Below are positions 19,925-29,897 of a DNA stretch of 64,000 bases, in pieces. The first letter of the stretch is position 1. Every line of letters starts with the position of its first letter. Where the stretch lies: NCBI GenBank assembly GCA_964391735.1, contig CAYMNF010000003.1:2798-66797 (forward strand), written 5' to 3'. The notes beneath the pieces are model-generated. The model was not told the DNA's origin and searched no databases. It saw nothing but the letters and a program-made list of their open reading frames with translations. Origin of the DNA: an uncultured Bacteroides sp. GTDB taxonomy: Bacteria > Bacteroidota > Bacteroidia > Bacteroidales > Muribaculaceae. A program made the translations under genes and the position numbers.

Positions 19925-20989
19925 TCAGTTGCCTACTACTGTGCAGGTGTAGGGGTGCTTTGAGAAGTCAATGGTGACGGTGTAGGTACCTGCCCCGGGG
20001 GTAGGTATGTCTGAACCATTGGCAACGAGGTTGGTCATCTCACCACCGAGGTTGATAACCCAGTCGTTGTTCATGCGGAACTTCCAAGCACCGGTCTCGT
20101 TGAAGGTTACGTTGCCGCTCCAGATAGCGTAGTTGTCACCAACGGGAGCCAGTTGGGCGTCGTCGGTCCAACCGAGGGCGGCATCACCGATAACGCTGAC
20201 GTTGGCAATGTAGGTGAGTGTGTAGGTCTGCTCGGCAAGGTTCAGCTCAACAAAGTAGAGGCCGTTTTGGGCTACCTCAATGTTGTCGCCACCTTCTTTG
20301 AGGATGCCGTCGGCACCACCCCAGTTTACTGACCATGCGTCGTCAACTGAGAATTTGAACATATCATTTATAACAGCGTAGCCGCTCCACGTGGTGTAGT
20401 CCTCATCAGGATAGAGGCCCATAGATGCGGTGGGTGACCAGTTGTTGGCGGGACCGGGGGTCCAGATTACCTCATACTCATAAGCAACCTTGGGGAGGGT
20501 TACGGTGATGGGGGCTACGTTGTAGTATTTGTTGGGGTCGCCAACAATATACTCGGTGTGGCCGTTGTTGAGGGCCAGCAGCTGGTAGCGGATGTACAGT
20601 GTGCGTGAAACCTCGCCTTTTGAGCCATAGAGCTGTTTTACAGCCCATGTGAGGTGCTCGGCGGTGGCAGTGAGTTCACCATCGGCAGCGGCGATGTTCA
20701 TGTCGATGACGTTGGTCTCAAAGTTGGCATCGTCTGATGCTTGGGCAGCAACACCAAAAGTATATGCTGCGGGCCAGTTTTCAACGATATATGAGCCGAC
20801 TTTGATCAACTCATCATCAGGGGTATCGGCGGTCAACATTATCGGGGTTACCTCAGGGGCGAACTGTACATCGCCCACGGTGAAGGGTGCCTCGGGAAGG
20901 TTGGTCGGAGCCTGAGGTTTGGGCAGCTCAAAGTTGTCACATGCTGTGAGCGCAAAGGCTGCCAAAGCCATTATAGCTATTTTTTTCAT
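19925..20989 (-). CDS. SusF/SusE-like surface glycan-binding lipoprotein
   Basis: 354 aa with lipobox ALTAC followed by DNFE. Its C-terminal CBM-like modules have Trp-rich motifs (WSVNWGG, GAWKFRMNNDWVINLGG). It is the last gene of the susCD operon. Confidence 0.65.
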   Translation of the reverse strand: MKKIAIMALAAFALTACDNFELPKPQAPTNLPEAPFTVGDVQFAPEVTPIMLTADTPDDELIKVGSYIVENWPAAYTFGVAAQASDDANFETNVIDMNIAAADGELTATAEHLTWAVKQLYGSKGEVSRTLYIRYQLLALNNGHTEYIVGDPNKYYNVAPITVTLPKVAYEYEVIWTPGPANNWSPTASMGLYPDEDYTTWSGYAVINDMFKFSVDDAWSVNWGGADGILKEGGDNIEVAQNGLYFVELNLAEQTYTLTYIANVSVIGDAALGWTDDAQLAPVGDNYAIWSGNVTFNETGAWKFRMNNDWVINLGGEMTNLVANGSDIPTPGAGTYTVTIDFSKHPYTCTVVGN

Positions 20990-21009
20990 TTGCTTTCTGT
21001 GATTAATAC

Positions 21010-21054
21010 CGGCGGGAGGGTTTGCTCACCGAGGGGTGATTCCCCCTCCCGCCG
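21010..21054 (-). promoter_or_regulatory. Intercistronic GC-rich bipartite hairpin between the susE-like and susF-like genes
   Basis: CGGCGGGAGGG (21010..21020) pairs with CCCTCCCGCCG (21044..21054), with an inner TCACC/GGTGA stem. No T tract follows on the minus strand. Confidence 0.5.
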
Positions 21055-21068
21055 ATGTTGTAATTTAA

Positions 21069-22313
21069 TTATTCAGCAAGGGTGAATTTAACAGTTCCGT
21101 TGTTGATGTCAACTTCCATTGTTACGTTACCACCGTTTGAGGGGTGCCAAGAGCCTTTACCCCAAACGCAAGTGCCGTTGTAAGGCAGTGTGATGTCAAT
21201 AGCGGTGTCATCAACCTGGTTACCGATTGAGTTGTTCTCCCAGTCACCGGGTGCGCTGTAGAAACGGAAGTACTTGTCAGCCGTAATAGCGATGGGCTCT
21301 TTTGACACGTAAACGCCGTTGCCCTGACGGTCATAGAGAACGCAGTTGTCGGCAACGAGGGTCTCGGGGTCAAAGTCAATGTTCCAACCGGTAGCCACGG
21401 CGTCGCCAATCAGGTAGAGGCGCTCATAGAGGCTCCAATCCTCCTCGCCGGCAGCCATGAAGTTGAAGCGCACGGTCATGGCATTGAGGTCAACCTCAAC
21501 GCTGATGGTACCCTCGGTAACGCCGGGGAAGTTCCATGCACCCTTACCCTCAACGCAAGCGCCTGAGAAGGAGTTGTCAATAACCTCAAAGTCGGTAGCA
21601 TTGTCATCAACCTGATAACCGATTGAGTTGTGTTCCCAGTCAGCCAGGTCGGTGTAGAAGCGGAACATCGGGGCCTCGGTGAATGAGAATGAGCCGCGGT
21701 AGATGTTGGTACCAACACCGGTCTCAAATACGCGGTAGTCCTCAAGAGCGGCAGCATTTGCGGGAGCCGGCTCTTTCCAGCCTGAGATGTTACCGATCAG
21801 ATAGATATATCCGGGTTCTGCAGCGGCATAATATGTGCCAACTTTTGAGAATTTAACGACATTTGATACGATGCCGGTGCCGTCAACGCCATCGATGTAG
21901 CAATAGGCACGTACATACATCTCGATTGAGCCGTTGTACTTCTCATCAAAGTCATTGCGGCTCTCATACCCGTAGAGGGTGGTGAGGGCAATAGCCAGGT
22001 CATTGGCGTTGACGGTGATGGTGGTTGATGAGGGGTCAATGGGCATGAGGGTCTCATAGGTGGCAAAGTCTGCTGTCTTTGACACCTGCAGTTCATACAG
22101 TGATGCCAGGGCCACGCCATAGTCGGGTTGTGAGCACACAACCGTGAAGGTACCGTCCTTGGTGAGGTTGAGGTACTGGTCGGCCATGGCCGGCGTGTTC
22201 AGCACAAACGTGCCGGCTTCGGGAATCTGGAGCTTGGGTTCGGTATCGCTCTCGCAAGAGGTAAACCCTAAGGAAGCGATAGCCAAGGCTGCCAGTATTA
22301 TGGTTTTCTTCAT
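21069..22313 (-). CDS. SusE-like surface glycan-binding lipoprotein
   Basis: 414 aa with lipobox FTSC followed by ESDTE and a SusE-type N-terminal domain (CSQPDYGVALASLYELQVSKTADF). An internally duplicated C-terminal module is present (WEHNSIGYQVDDNATDF / WENNSIGNQVDDTAIDI). Confidence 0.7.
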   Translation of the reverse strand: MKKTIILAALAIASLGFTSCESDTEPKLQIPEAGTFVLNTPAMADQYLNLTKDGTFTVVCSQPDYGVALASLYELQVSKTADFATYETLMPIDPSSTTITVNANDLAIALTTLYGYESRNDFDEKYNGSIEMYVRAYCYIDGVDGTGIVSNVVKFSKVGTYYAAAEPGYIYLIGNISGWKEPAPANAAALEDYRVFETGVGTNIYRGSFSFTEAPMFRFYTDLADWEHNSIGYQVDDNATDFEVIDNSFSGACVEGKGAWNFPGVTEGTISVEVDLNAMTVRFNFMAAGEEDWSLYERLYLIGDAVATGWNIDFDPETLVADNCVLYDRQGNGVYVSKEPIAITADKYFRFYSAPGDWENNSIGNQVDDTAIDITLPYNGTCVWGKGSWHPSNGGNVTMEVDINNGTVKFTLAE

Positions 22314-22334
22314 TTGGAATGTTTTTTTACGAGA

Positions 22335-24044
22335 TTAATAACCGGGGTTCTGCTTGTATCCGGCCATTGATACTACCGGAGAGGGCAGGGGATAGTAGTT
22401 GAAAGACTCGGGGAAGTTCTGGCCTTCGGGGTTAGTTTCGCTGCCTTTGAAAGCCCAGTTGTAACCGCTGATCCACTGGCCGTAGCGCTTGAGGTCGGTG
22501 CGGCGTGTACCCTCGGTGTAGAGCTCACGCTGACGCTCGGCGCGCAGGTCCTCGGTGCTCAGTGAGGTGAATGAGTTGAGGCCGGCACGGTTGCGGATGT
22601 AGTTTACATACTTGAGGGCTTCAGCCTGGCTGCCGCCACCACCGTTGATGATGGCCTCGGCTGCTGAGAGGTAAATCTCAGCCAGACGTACCATTGCGAA
22701 GTCAATGTTCAGACGACCACCTTTGGTAACGGGGCCTGAAGCGGCAACGTCGATATCGCCATTGTCTTTGATTACCCAGTTTGAGTATTTAACGGGGCTG
22801 TAGCCGGCGTGGGGAGCTTCGGTAGCCTTAAGGTTACCGCCAAAGTCATAACCCTGTTTGCTGGTGAGCCAGAAGCGTACGCGCTGGTCGGGGCTCTCAG
22901 ACATTGCAGCGTCATTCCAGTCAAACTGGCGGGCGAGCTGTACACGGCAGGTGATACAGTTCCACTGGTCATTGAGGTTGTAGATGGTGCCAAGACCGTT
23001 GGTGTCAACCGTACCGGTGTTCTGGAACATACCCATGGTGTAGAGAACGGCTGCACCCCATGTCTCGATACCCCAGCTGATGTCGGTACCGGGGAGGGTA
23101 CGGGTCTCAGTGCCGGGCAGGGTCCACAGGATCTCGTTTACATCACCACCGCCGGGGGCATACTTCTGGTTGCCCTGGCCAAAGATTTGGCTGTAGTTGT
23201 AGCAAAGACCTGATCCCTGGAAACCTTCGCCCTGGTGGCGGTCGATGATTGCTTTGGCGTGCTCATAGGCTTTTGCCCAGTCAGCGGTGCCGCAATATGT
23301 TTTGGCATTGAGGTACAGCTTAACGAGGTAAGCCTCGCAGCAGTCTTTACCAAAGTAACCGTAGGGGATTTCTTTGCGTACGTTGTCAAACTTGGTGAGG
23401 GTCTGCTCCATCTCGGCGGTGAGGCGACGATAGATCTCGGCTGACTGCATTTGCGGGGGTGTTGAACCCACGGCAGCATTGTCGTCAATCCAGGGCACAT
23501 TGCCATAGAAGTCGAGCAGGTAGTACATACAGATCTCACGCAGCACGGTAGCCTGCAGGCGCAGGAAGGCCATGTCCTCGGCATTGGCACCGGCGAACTC
23601 GCCGTTGTCGCATGATGCGATGAAGTTGTTTGCCAGAGAAGCGTTCACAACCATACGGTAGTAGGGCGCGATGGCCATCTCCTGGGCGGTTGATACTATA
23701 CCGAAGGGAAGGGTGGCGATACCGGCATCGTTGGTGTAGTAGAGCCAGTCAGCCTCGTCGGTAGGAATCTCCTGGAGGTTGAATACGGCGCGGCTGAACA
23801 CGGCAAAACCGCCGTTTGACACAACGCCGCTGAGGATGTTGCTTGCTGAGGGACCCTCAGCCACGAAGTTGAGGGCAACGTCAGCAAACACAGCCTGCAT
23901 GTACATGTCAGGGTCCTCGCTGAATTGGTCCGGAGTCAACTCATTGGGGTTGGTGATTTCAGTGTTCAAATCATCGGTGCAGGATGTCATGCCCATCATG
24001 CCCAACAGCGCCACACCGATGAGGAACTTATATGATTTCTTCAT
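22335..24044 (-). CDS. SusD/RagB family nutrient-binding outer-membrane lipoprotein
   Basis: 569 aa with lipobox MTSC followed by TDD and a helical TPR-like body. The SusD-type C-terminus reads RAERQRELYTEGTRRTDLKRYGQW. It lies directly downstream of susC. Confidence 0.9.
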   Translation of the reverse strand: MKKSYKFLIGVALLGMMGMTSCTDDLNTEITNPNELTPDQFSEDPDMYMQAVFADVALNFVAEGPSASNILSGVVSNGGFAVFSRAVFNLQEIPTDEADWLYYTNDAGIATLPFGIVSTAQEMAIAPYYRMVVNASLANNFIASCDNGEFAGANAEDMAFLRLQATVLREICMYYLLDFYGNVPWIDDNAAVGSTPPQMQSAEIYRRLTAEMEQTLTKFDNVRKEIPYGYFGKDCCEAYLVKLYLNAKTYCGTADWAKAYEHAKAIIDRHQGEGFQGSGLCYNYSQIFGQGNQKYAPGGGDVNEILWTLPGTETRTLPGTDISWGIETWGAAVLYTMGMFQNTGTVDTNGLGTIYNLNDQWNCITCRVQLARQFDWNDAAMSESPDQRVRFWLTSKQGYDFGGNLKATEAPHAGYSPVKYSNWVIKDNGDIDVAASGPVTKGGRLNIDFAMVRLAEIYLSAAEAIINGGGGSQAEALKYVNYIRNRAGLNSFTSLSTEDLRAERQRELYTEGTRRTDLKRYGQWISGYNWAFKGSETNPEGQNFPESFNYYPLPSPVVSMAGYKQNPGY

Positions 24045-24073
24045 TTGTCAAGAATGAATTGTTGTTAGGTTGA

Positions 24074-27000
24074 TTAGAAGTTGCAAACCACGCCCAGGGT
24101 GTAGGTTGTGGGGTTGGGATAGAGGCTGTTGTCAACACCGTTGTAAACCTCGGGGTCACAACCTTTATATTTGGTGATGACGAAGGGGTTCTCAACAACA
24201 CCGAATATACGCACTGACATCTTGCCGCTGAGCAGGTTGTTGAAGGTGTAGCCCAGTGAGATGTTGTCGCAACGCAGGAAGGAAGCGTTCTGTACAAAGT
24301 AGCTTGACAGATAGTGGTGGCCACCAACGCCGTCATAGAGGAATGCGTCGGTCAGCAGGTTGTTCCAACCATATTGCCACATGGTGGTGGTGATGGTGCG
24401 GTCTGCACGCGGGGTGTTGTAAACATAGTTGCCGATGTTGGCACGCAGGGTGAAGCCCAGATCCCAGTTCTTATAGTTGAAGCTGTTGTTCCAAGAAACG
24501 GTGAAGCGGGGAGCGGGGTTGTGGTAGTAGATAAGGTCCTCATCGCTGATGACACCGTCGCCGTTCTGGTCAACGAATACACCGGGGATTGGGTTGTTGT
24601 CGTCGTCATAAACCTGCTCGAAGACGCGGAATGCGCGCGGAGCCTCGTCAACGGTGAACCAGCAGAGTGTACCACCCTGTCCTGCGGGAAGACCCTCGGC
24701 GGGGGTAGCGTCTGAGGCGTTGTCACCGGTCAGTGAGGTGATCTTTGAGTCGTTAAATGCCCAGTTGATACCGGTTGTCCAGGTGAAGTCATTGGTGACA
24801 ACGGGTTTGGCGCTTACGGTTACCTCGACACCGGTGTTACGCAAGTTACCGATGTTTGAGCTGAGCTTGGCAGCGGTACCCATACCGAACAGCGGTGCGC
24901 TGTAGAGCAGGTCTTTGGTCTGACGCAGATACCAGTCAACGTTGGCGGTCAAACGGTTGTTGAAGAAACCGAAGTCCAAACCAACGTTCCAAGTTGTGGT
25001 CTCCTCCCACTTAAGGTCAGCGTTGTAGGCGTTGGGGTAGAGAGCCTCTGACCACGGGCCGTTGAGGCCGCTGTTCAAGCCGGGATAGTTGTTGTTGTTC
25101 AATGACCATGAGTAGATGGGCATGTAGGTGATCCAGCTAAAGGCATCCTGTTGGCCGGTAACACCCCAGCCGGTACGCAGTTTCAGGTCATTCCACCATC
25201 CGCGAACATCGTCAAATACGGGCTCCTCGCTGATGCGCCAACCAAGGGCCAGTGAGGGGAACAGACCCCAACGGTTGTCCTTAGCAAAGCGTGAGGTAGC
25301 ATCGTCACGCAGGGTGAAGGTGACCAGGTAGCGGTCCATGAAGGTGTAGTTCAAACGACCGAAGAATGAGATCAGCTGCAAGGGAGCTGCCCATGCGTTG
25401 TGTGAACCGGGGATGCGTGAGTGGATGTTGGCTGCTGAAGCCTCGTCCCACTGCAGGTCATACTTGCCGTCAACCATGGGTACAGCACCGGTGGCATCTA
25501 CCTGGTAACCACGGGTGTATACAAAGCCGTCCTCATGACCCAGGTATGAGAAGCGCTGCCACTCATAACCGGCCATTACGTCCAGATTACTCTTGATGGC
25601 CTCAAACTCCTTGCGATAGTTCAGGTAGAAGTTGAGCAAGGTGTTGCGGTTGAGCTGATACCATGAGTAGTGGGTACCGGCTGCGGTTGAGCCCATACCT
25701 GACAGGGTGGTGTTTGACCATTGGTCGCGACCGCCGGGCAGGTTCCAGGTGTTGCGGTTATTCTCTGATACCTCATAACCGAGGTTCAGGTTCAGGTGCA
25801 ACTCGGGGAGGAAGTGCAGAGCGTAGTCAATCTGCAGGTTACCTGTTGATGAATAGGTCTCGGCACGTTTCTTATAGTTTACAAAAGATTGCAGGGGGTT
25901 GCTTTTACCTTGGCCCTGGTCACCCTGGGTGAGGTCATAGTACAGACCGTTGTAGAGTGTGCCCACTGAGTTTGCTGTCATGGCATAGTTGCCATAGATG
26001 GGGGCAGTGGGGTTGTATGAGTAAGCTGAGGCGAGGGCGCCCTCGTTGCCCCAACCTTTGATGCGCATATAAGTACCGGTAACGTTGGCGTTAACTTGCA
26101 GCAAGCCGTTGAAGAACTTCGGTGACAAAGAGATGCCCACGGTTGTGCGCTGTACATCGTTGTCGCGAATGATACCCTCATTGTTTGCCCAAGAAGCGCT
26201 GACGCGGTAGGGGAGCCATTTGGCGGTACCGGCAACACTCAGGTTGTAGTCCTGTGAGAAGGCTGTGCGGAGAACCTCATCCTTCCAGTTGGTCTCACCG
26301 TCAAAAAGTGAGTTCAGGTTTGCAGCCTCGCTGTCGGCATAGAGCTCTTTGGCAAGTGCGCGATACTCATCGGCACCCATCATCTTCAGGGTCTTGCGGG
26401 CCTTGGCAAGGTGCCAGTTGGCGGCAAAGGTTACCTTGGGGGCACCGCTGGCACCCTTCTTGGTGGTAACGATGATCACACCGTTAGATGCACGGCTACC
26501 GTAGATGGCGGTGGCTGAAGCATCCTTCAGGATGGTCATTGACTCAATGTCATTGGGGTTGAGCATTGACAGGGCGTTGATGCCGGTGCCGTTTACAAGC
26601 TCGGTATTGCTCTGGGGCACACCGTCAATAACGATCAACGGGTCATTACCGGCAGAGATTGATGAACCGCCACGGATACGGATGGTTGCGGTACCGGTAG
26701 GGTTACCACCGTTGGTGGTCACAGTCACACCGGGTGAGGCACCGACCATAAGGTCCTGTACTGAGTTGGCGATACCGGCTTCCAGTTCGTCAGGGCGGAT
26801 AACGGCCACCGAACCGGTTGCGTCTGATTTCTTAACTTGGCCGTAACCAATGGCAACCACCTCGCCAAGCATCACTGAGTTCTCTGACAGGGTGATGTTG
26901 AGGTTGGTTTGACCGGCAACAGCCACGTCCTTCGGGTTCATGCCCACATAGGACACAAGCAAGGTAGCAGAGGCGGGCACGTTCAGATGGAATTTGCCGT

Positions 27001-27190
27001 CAAAATCGGTGGCAGTTCCGTTTGATGTACCTTTTTCCACCACACTCGCACCGATGAGAGGCTCACCGGCGTCGTCGACCACGGTGCCGGTCACCGTAAT
27101 CTTCTGCGCTAAAGCGGGAAGGGTCAGACTCATCACCATGACGATGACAAGTATTGCCTTCCGACTCATCTGAAAACAAATGTTCTTCAT
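24074..27190 (-). CDS. SusC/RagA family TonB-linked outer-membrane protein
   Basis: 1038 aa with a carboxypeptidase-regulatory-like N-domain (ITVTGTVVDDAGEPLIGASVVEKGTSNGTATDFDGKFHL), a plug (SMTILKDASATAIYGSRASNGVIIVTTKKG) and a barrel ending in ...TYTLGVVCNF. The start may instead be Met8 (27169). Confidence 0.93.
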   Translation of the reverse strand: MKNICFQMSRKAILVIVMVMSLTLPALAQKITVTGTVVDDAGEPLIGASVVEKGTSNGTATDFDGKFHLNVPASATLLVSYVGMNPKDVAVAGQTNLNITLSENSVMLGEVVAIGYGQVKKSDATGSVAVIRPDELEAGIANSVQDLMVGASPGVTVTTNGGNPTGTATIRIRGGSSISAGNDPLIVIDGVPQSNTELVNGTGINALSMLNPNDIESMTILKDASATAIYGSRASNGVIIVTTKKGASGAPKVTFAANWHLAKARKTLKMMGADEYRALAKELYADSEAANLNSLFDGETNWKDEVLRTAFSQDYNLSVAGTAKWLPYRVSASWANNEGIIRDNDVQRTTVGISLSPKFFNGLLQVNANVTGTYMRIKGWGNEGALASAYSYNPTAPIYGNYAMTANSVGTLYNGLYYDLTQGDQGQGKSNPLQSFVNYKKRAETYSSTGNLQIDYALHFLPELHLNLNLGYEVSENNRNTWNLPGGRDQWSNTTLSGMGSTAAGTHYSWYQLNRNTLLNFYLNYRKEFEAIKSNLDVMAGYEWQRFSYLGHEDGFVYTRGYQVDATGAVPMVDGKYDLQWDEASAANIHSRIPGSHNAWAAPLQLISFFGRLNYTFMDRYLVTFTLRDDATSRFAKDNRWGLFPSLALGWRISEEPVFDDVRGWWNDLKLRTGWGVTGQQDAFSWITYMPIYSWSLNNNNYPGLNSGLNGPWSEALYPNAYNADLKWEETTTWNVGLDFGFFNNRLTANVDWYLRQTKDLLYSAPLFGMGTAAKLSSNIGNLRNTGVEVTVSAKPVVTNDFTWTTGINWAFNDSKITSLTGDNASDATPAEGLPAGQGGTLCWFTVDEAPRAFRVFEQVYDDDNNPIPGVFVDQNGDGVISDEDLIYYHNPAPRFTVSWNNSFNYKNWDLGFTLRANIGNYVYNTPRADRTITTTMWQYGWNNLLTDAFLYDGVGGHHYLSSYFVQNASFLRCDNISLGYTFNNLLSGKMSVRIFGVVENPFVITKYKGCDPEVYNGVDNSLYPNPTTYTLGVVCNF

Positions 27191-27320
27191 GCAAGAAACT
27201 TTTTTGAAAGTGTTTTGGTTTTGGTAAGATTTATAATGGATTTTTTAGGATTTCCAAGGAATTATGTACTTGATTGTAAGGAATTGATGACAAATTGCCA
27301 CACACGAAGACACGAAATTA

Positions 27321-27338
27321 TACAGGCCGCGGCCTGTA
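27321..27338. promoter_or_regulatory. Perfect 18-bp palindrome TACAGGCCGCGGCCTGTA in the predicted susC 5' leader
   Basis: Read directly; it lies just downstream of the candidate susC -7 box. Confidence 0.5.
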
Positions 27339-27346
27339 AACGCCTA

Positions 27347-27354
27347 CAAATATA
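27347..27354 (-). promoter_or_regulatory. Candidate -7 promoter box (TATATTTG) for the susC operon
   Basis: Plus strand reads CAAATATA, about 157 nt upstream of the susC ATG. Confidence 0.35.
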
Positions 27355-27513
27355 GGTTGAAGATTTTATTTTGTCCCTCTTGCCCGTTTAAATTAGCGGA
27401 CAACATCAGGTCTTTTAACATACTTTAACGATTGCGCCTGTAACTTCTGCCCCGCGTTTCCGTAACCTCACACGCCTTGTCGTTTCTTTTTGTGGCTTTA
27501 GCGTTTTTTTATT

Positions 27514-27521
27514 TAATTTTG
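27514..27521 (+). promoter_or_regulatory. Candidate -7 box (TAATTTTG) with upstream TTTG (27489..27492) for pta-ackA
   Basis: TAnnTTTG lies 23 nt upstream of the pta ATG, with a -33-like TTTG 21 nt upstream of the -7 box. Confidence 0.45.
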
Positions 27522-27543
27522 CCGTAAAATATAACCCTACCCC

Positions 27544-28557
27544 ATGAAACTATTTGAAAAGCTAACCAAAAAAGCGCGCGAGGACCGTCAGCGCATTATA
27601 CTTGCCGAGGGTAACGAACCCCGCACACTCACAGCTGCAGACCGCCTGATTGCCGACCGCCTGGCAGACATCACACTTGTAGGCGACCCCGAGGAGATAC
27701 ACAAAATGGCCCGTGAGATGGGCCTCAATCATATCATTGAGGGCGCAAAAATTCTGAATCCCAATGACGAGGCCGTTATCGACCGCTATGCCCCGCTGTT
27801 GTACAGCCTGCGCAAGAACAAGGGGATGACCGAGGAGCAAAGCCGCATCACCGCCGCCAACAATCTGTACTTGGGAGTCCTTGCCGTCAAGGCCGGCGAT
27901 GCCGACGGCATGGTGGCCGGCGCAATCAACACCACCGGCAACGTGCTGCGTGCCGCCTTCCAGGTCATCAAGACCGCCCCCGGCATTGAGGTTGTGAGCG
28001 GCGCATACGTTATGGTGCTCCCCGAGGGCTCACCCTACGGCACCGATGGCCTGCTGATATTTGCCGACTGTGCCGTTATTCCCGACCCCACCGCAAAGGA
28101 ACTGGCACAGATAGCCGTGGAATCAGCCAAGACCGCCCGCGACATGGTGGACATAGAGCCGCGAGTTGCCCTGCTGTCATTCTCGACAAAGGGTTCAGCC
28201 AAGCATGAGCGCGTCGACAAAGTCATAGAGGCCGGCCGCATAGCCCATGAGATGGACCCCGATTTGGCCCTGGACTGCGAGCTGCAGGCCGACGCCGCCC
28301 TGGTGCCGGTGGTAGCAAGCCTCAAGGCACCCGACTCACCCGTTGCCGGCAAGGCCAACGTGTTGGTATTCCCCTCACTTGAAGTCGGCAATATCGCCTA
28401 CAAGCTTGTGCAGCGCCTGGGCGGCGTGCAGGCTGTGGGGCCCGTGCTGCAAGGATTGGCCGCACCCGTCAACGACCTGAGTCGCGGATGCTCGACTGAC
28501 GACATCTACAACACCGTGATACTTACCTGCAATCAGGCCATTGGTGCAAAACGTTAA
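27544..28557 (+). CDS. pta: Phosphate acetyltransferase
   Basis: 337-aa PTA domain ([44 protein letters not shown]). Confidence 0.92.
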   Translation: MKLFEKLTKKAREDRQRIILAEGNEPRTLTAADRLIADRLADITLVGDPEEIHKMAREMGLNHIIEGAKILNPNDEAVIDRYAPLLYSLRKNKGMTEEQSRITAANNLYLGVLAVKAGDADGMVAGAINTTGNVLRAAFQVIKTAPGIEVVSGAYVMVLPEGSPYGTDGLLIFADCAVIPDPTAKELAQIAVESAKTARDMVDIEPRVALLSFSTKGSAKHERVDKVIEAGRIAHEMDPDLALDCELQADAALVPVVASLKAPDSPVAGKANVLVFPSLEVGNIAYKLVQRLGGVQAVGPVLQGLAAPVNDLSRGCSTDDIYNTVILTCNQAIGAKR

Positions 28558-28598
28558 ACCGGAACCTTATAACCGATAACCACCTGCTTTAGAAAACC

Positions 28599-29801
28599 AT
28601 GAAGATTCTTGTACTAAACAGCGGTAGCTCATCAGTAAAGTATAAACTTATCGACACCTCCACCGATGCCACCCTGGCCGAGGGAGGTGCCGAGAAACTT
28701 GGCCTTGCCGATGCTTTTGTAAAATTTAAACGTCCCGACGGCACCAAGGCCACCGTGGCCCTGAAGCCCAATGCCGGCCACAAGGATGCCATCGAGGAGA
28801 TTCTGCGTCTGCTCACCGACCCCGCTGCTGACGGGCCGCTGAAAAACCTCAACGAAATCGAGGCCGTGGGACACCGCCTGGTGCACGGTGCCGACAAGTT
28901 TGCCAAGAGCGTTGTCATCACCGACGAGGTAAAGGATATGATACGCCAATGCTACACCCTGGCGCCGCTCCACAATCCCGCAAACATGACCGGCGTCGAG
29001 GCCATGGAGCAACTGTTGCCGGGTGTACCCCAGGTGGGTGTGTTTGACACCGCTTTCCACCAGACCATGCCCCCCAAGGCATTCCTCTACCCGCTGCCCT
29101 ATGAGTACTATACCGAGGACGGGGTGCGCCGCTACGGTTTCCACGGCACCAGCCACCGCTACGTTTCACAGCGCGCTGCCGAGTTGCTGCAGCAGCCCAT
29201 CGGGGAGCTGAAGATGATCACCTGCCACATCGGTAACGGCGGCTCAATAACCGCTGTCGACGGCGGTAAATCGGTTGACACCTCAATGGGCCTGACACCC
29301 ACCGAGGGGTTGATGATGGGTACCCGTGTGGGAGACGTTGACCCCGGGGCACTCATATATATAATGAAACAGCACAACCTCACCCCTGACCAACTCAGCG
29401 ACATCATCAACAAGAAGAGCGGCGTGCTGGCAATCTCGGGCCTCTCAAATGACATGCGAGAGATTGAGAACGCCGTTGAGCAGGGCAACGAACGTGCCAC
29501 CCTGGCACTGGATATCTACATCAACCGCATCATCAAGTACATCGGTGCCTACGCTGCCGAGATGGGCGGCCTGGATGTGATAGTCTTCACCGGCGGTGTC
29601 GGCGAGAACCAGACCGGCCTGCGTGCCGATGTGTGCCGTCCCCTCGGCTTCATGGGCGTGAAGATTGATGAGCAGCTCAATGCCGTTACCCGCGCCACTG
29701 AGACCCTGATTTCAGCACCCGACTCGCGCGTGAAGGTGCTTGTTATCCCCACCGATGAGGAGCTGATGATAGCACGCGACACAGCTATGTTGGCCAAGTG
29801 A
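28599..29801 (+). CDS. ackA: Acetate kinase
   Basis: MKILVLNSGSSSVKYKL, VGHRLVHGA, RYGFHGTSHRY and VFTGGVGEN. Confidence 0.95.
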   Translation: MKILVLNSGSSSVKYKLIDTSTDATLAEGGAEKLGLADAFVKFKRPDGTKATVALKPNAGHKDAIEEILRLLTDPAADGPLKNLNEIEAVGHRLVHGADKFAKSVVITDEVKDMIRQCYTLAPLHNPANMTGVEAMEQLLPGVPQVGVFDTAFHQTMPPKAFLYPLPYEYYTEDGVRRYGFHGTSHRYVSQRAAELLQQPIGELKMITCHIGNGGSITAVDGGKSVDTSMGLTPTEGLMMGTRVGDVDPGALIYIMKQHNLTPDQLSDIINKKSGVLAISGLSNDMREIENAVEQGNERATLALDIYINRIIKYIGAYAAEMGGLDVIVFTGGVGENQTGLRADVCRPLGFMGVKIDEQLNAVTRATETLISAPDSRVKVLVIPTDEELMIARDTAMLAK

Positions 29802-29828
29802 CCCCCTGACGCATAATGTACACAATAT

Positions 29829-29856
29829 GGCCGGCCGCAAGAACATGTGGCCGGCC
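29829..29856 (+). terminator. Hairpin after ackA (GGCCGGCC ... GGCCGGCC followed by TTTGG)
   Basis: 8-bp GC stem with a 12-nt loop and a weak T tract, so possibly only a partial terminator. Confidence 0.4.
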
Positions 29857-29897
29857 TTTGGCGTTATATATAGTGAACGAATAAAATCAGAAACGAT

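Noticed and set aside
27191-27543. Invertible (phase-variable) promoter upstream of susC.
   Set aside because: No pair of flanking inverted repeats typical of Bacteroides invertons brackets the promoter, and there is no nearby recombinase. Only the single 18-bp palindrome is present.
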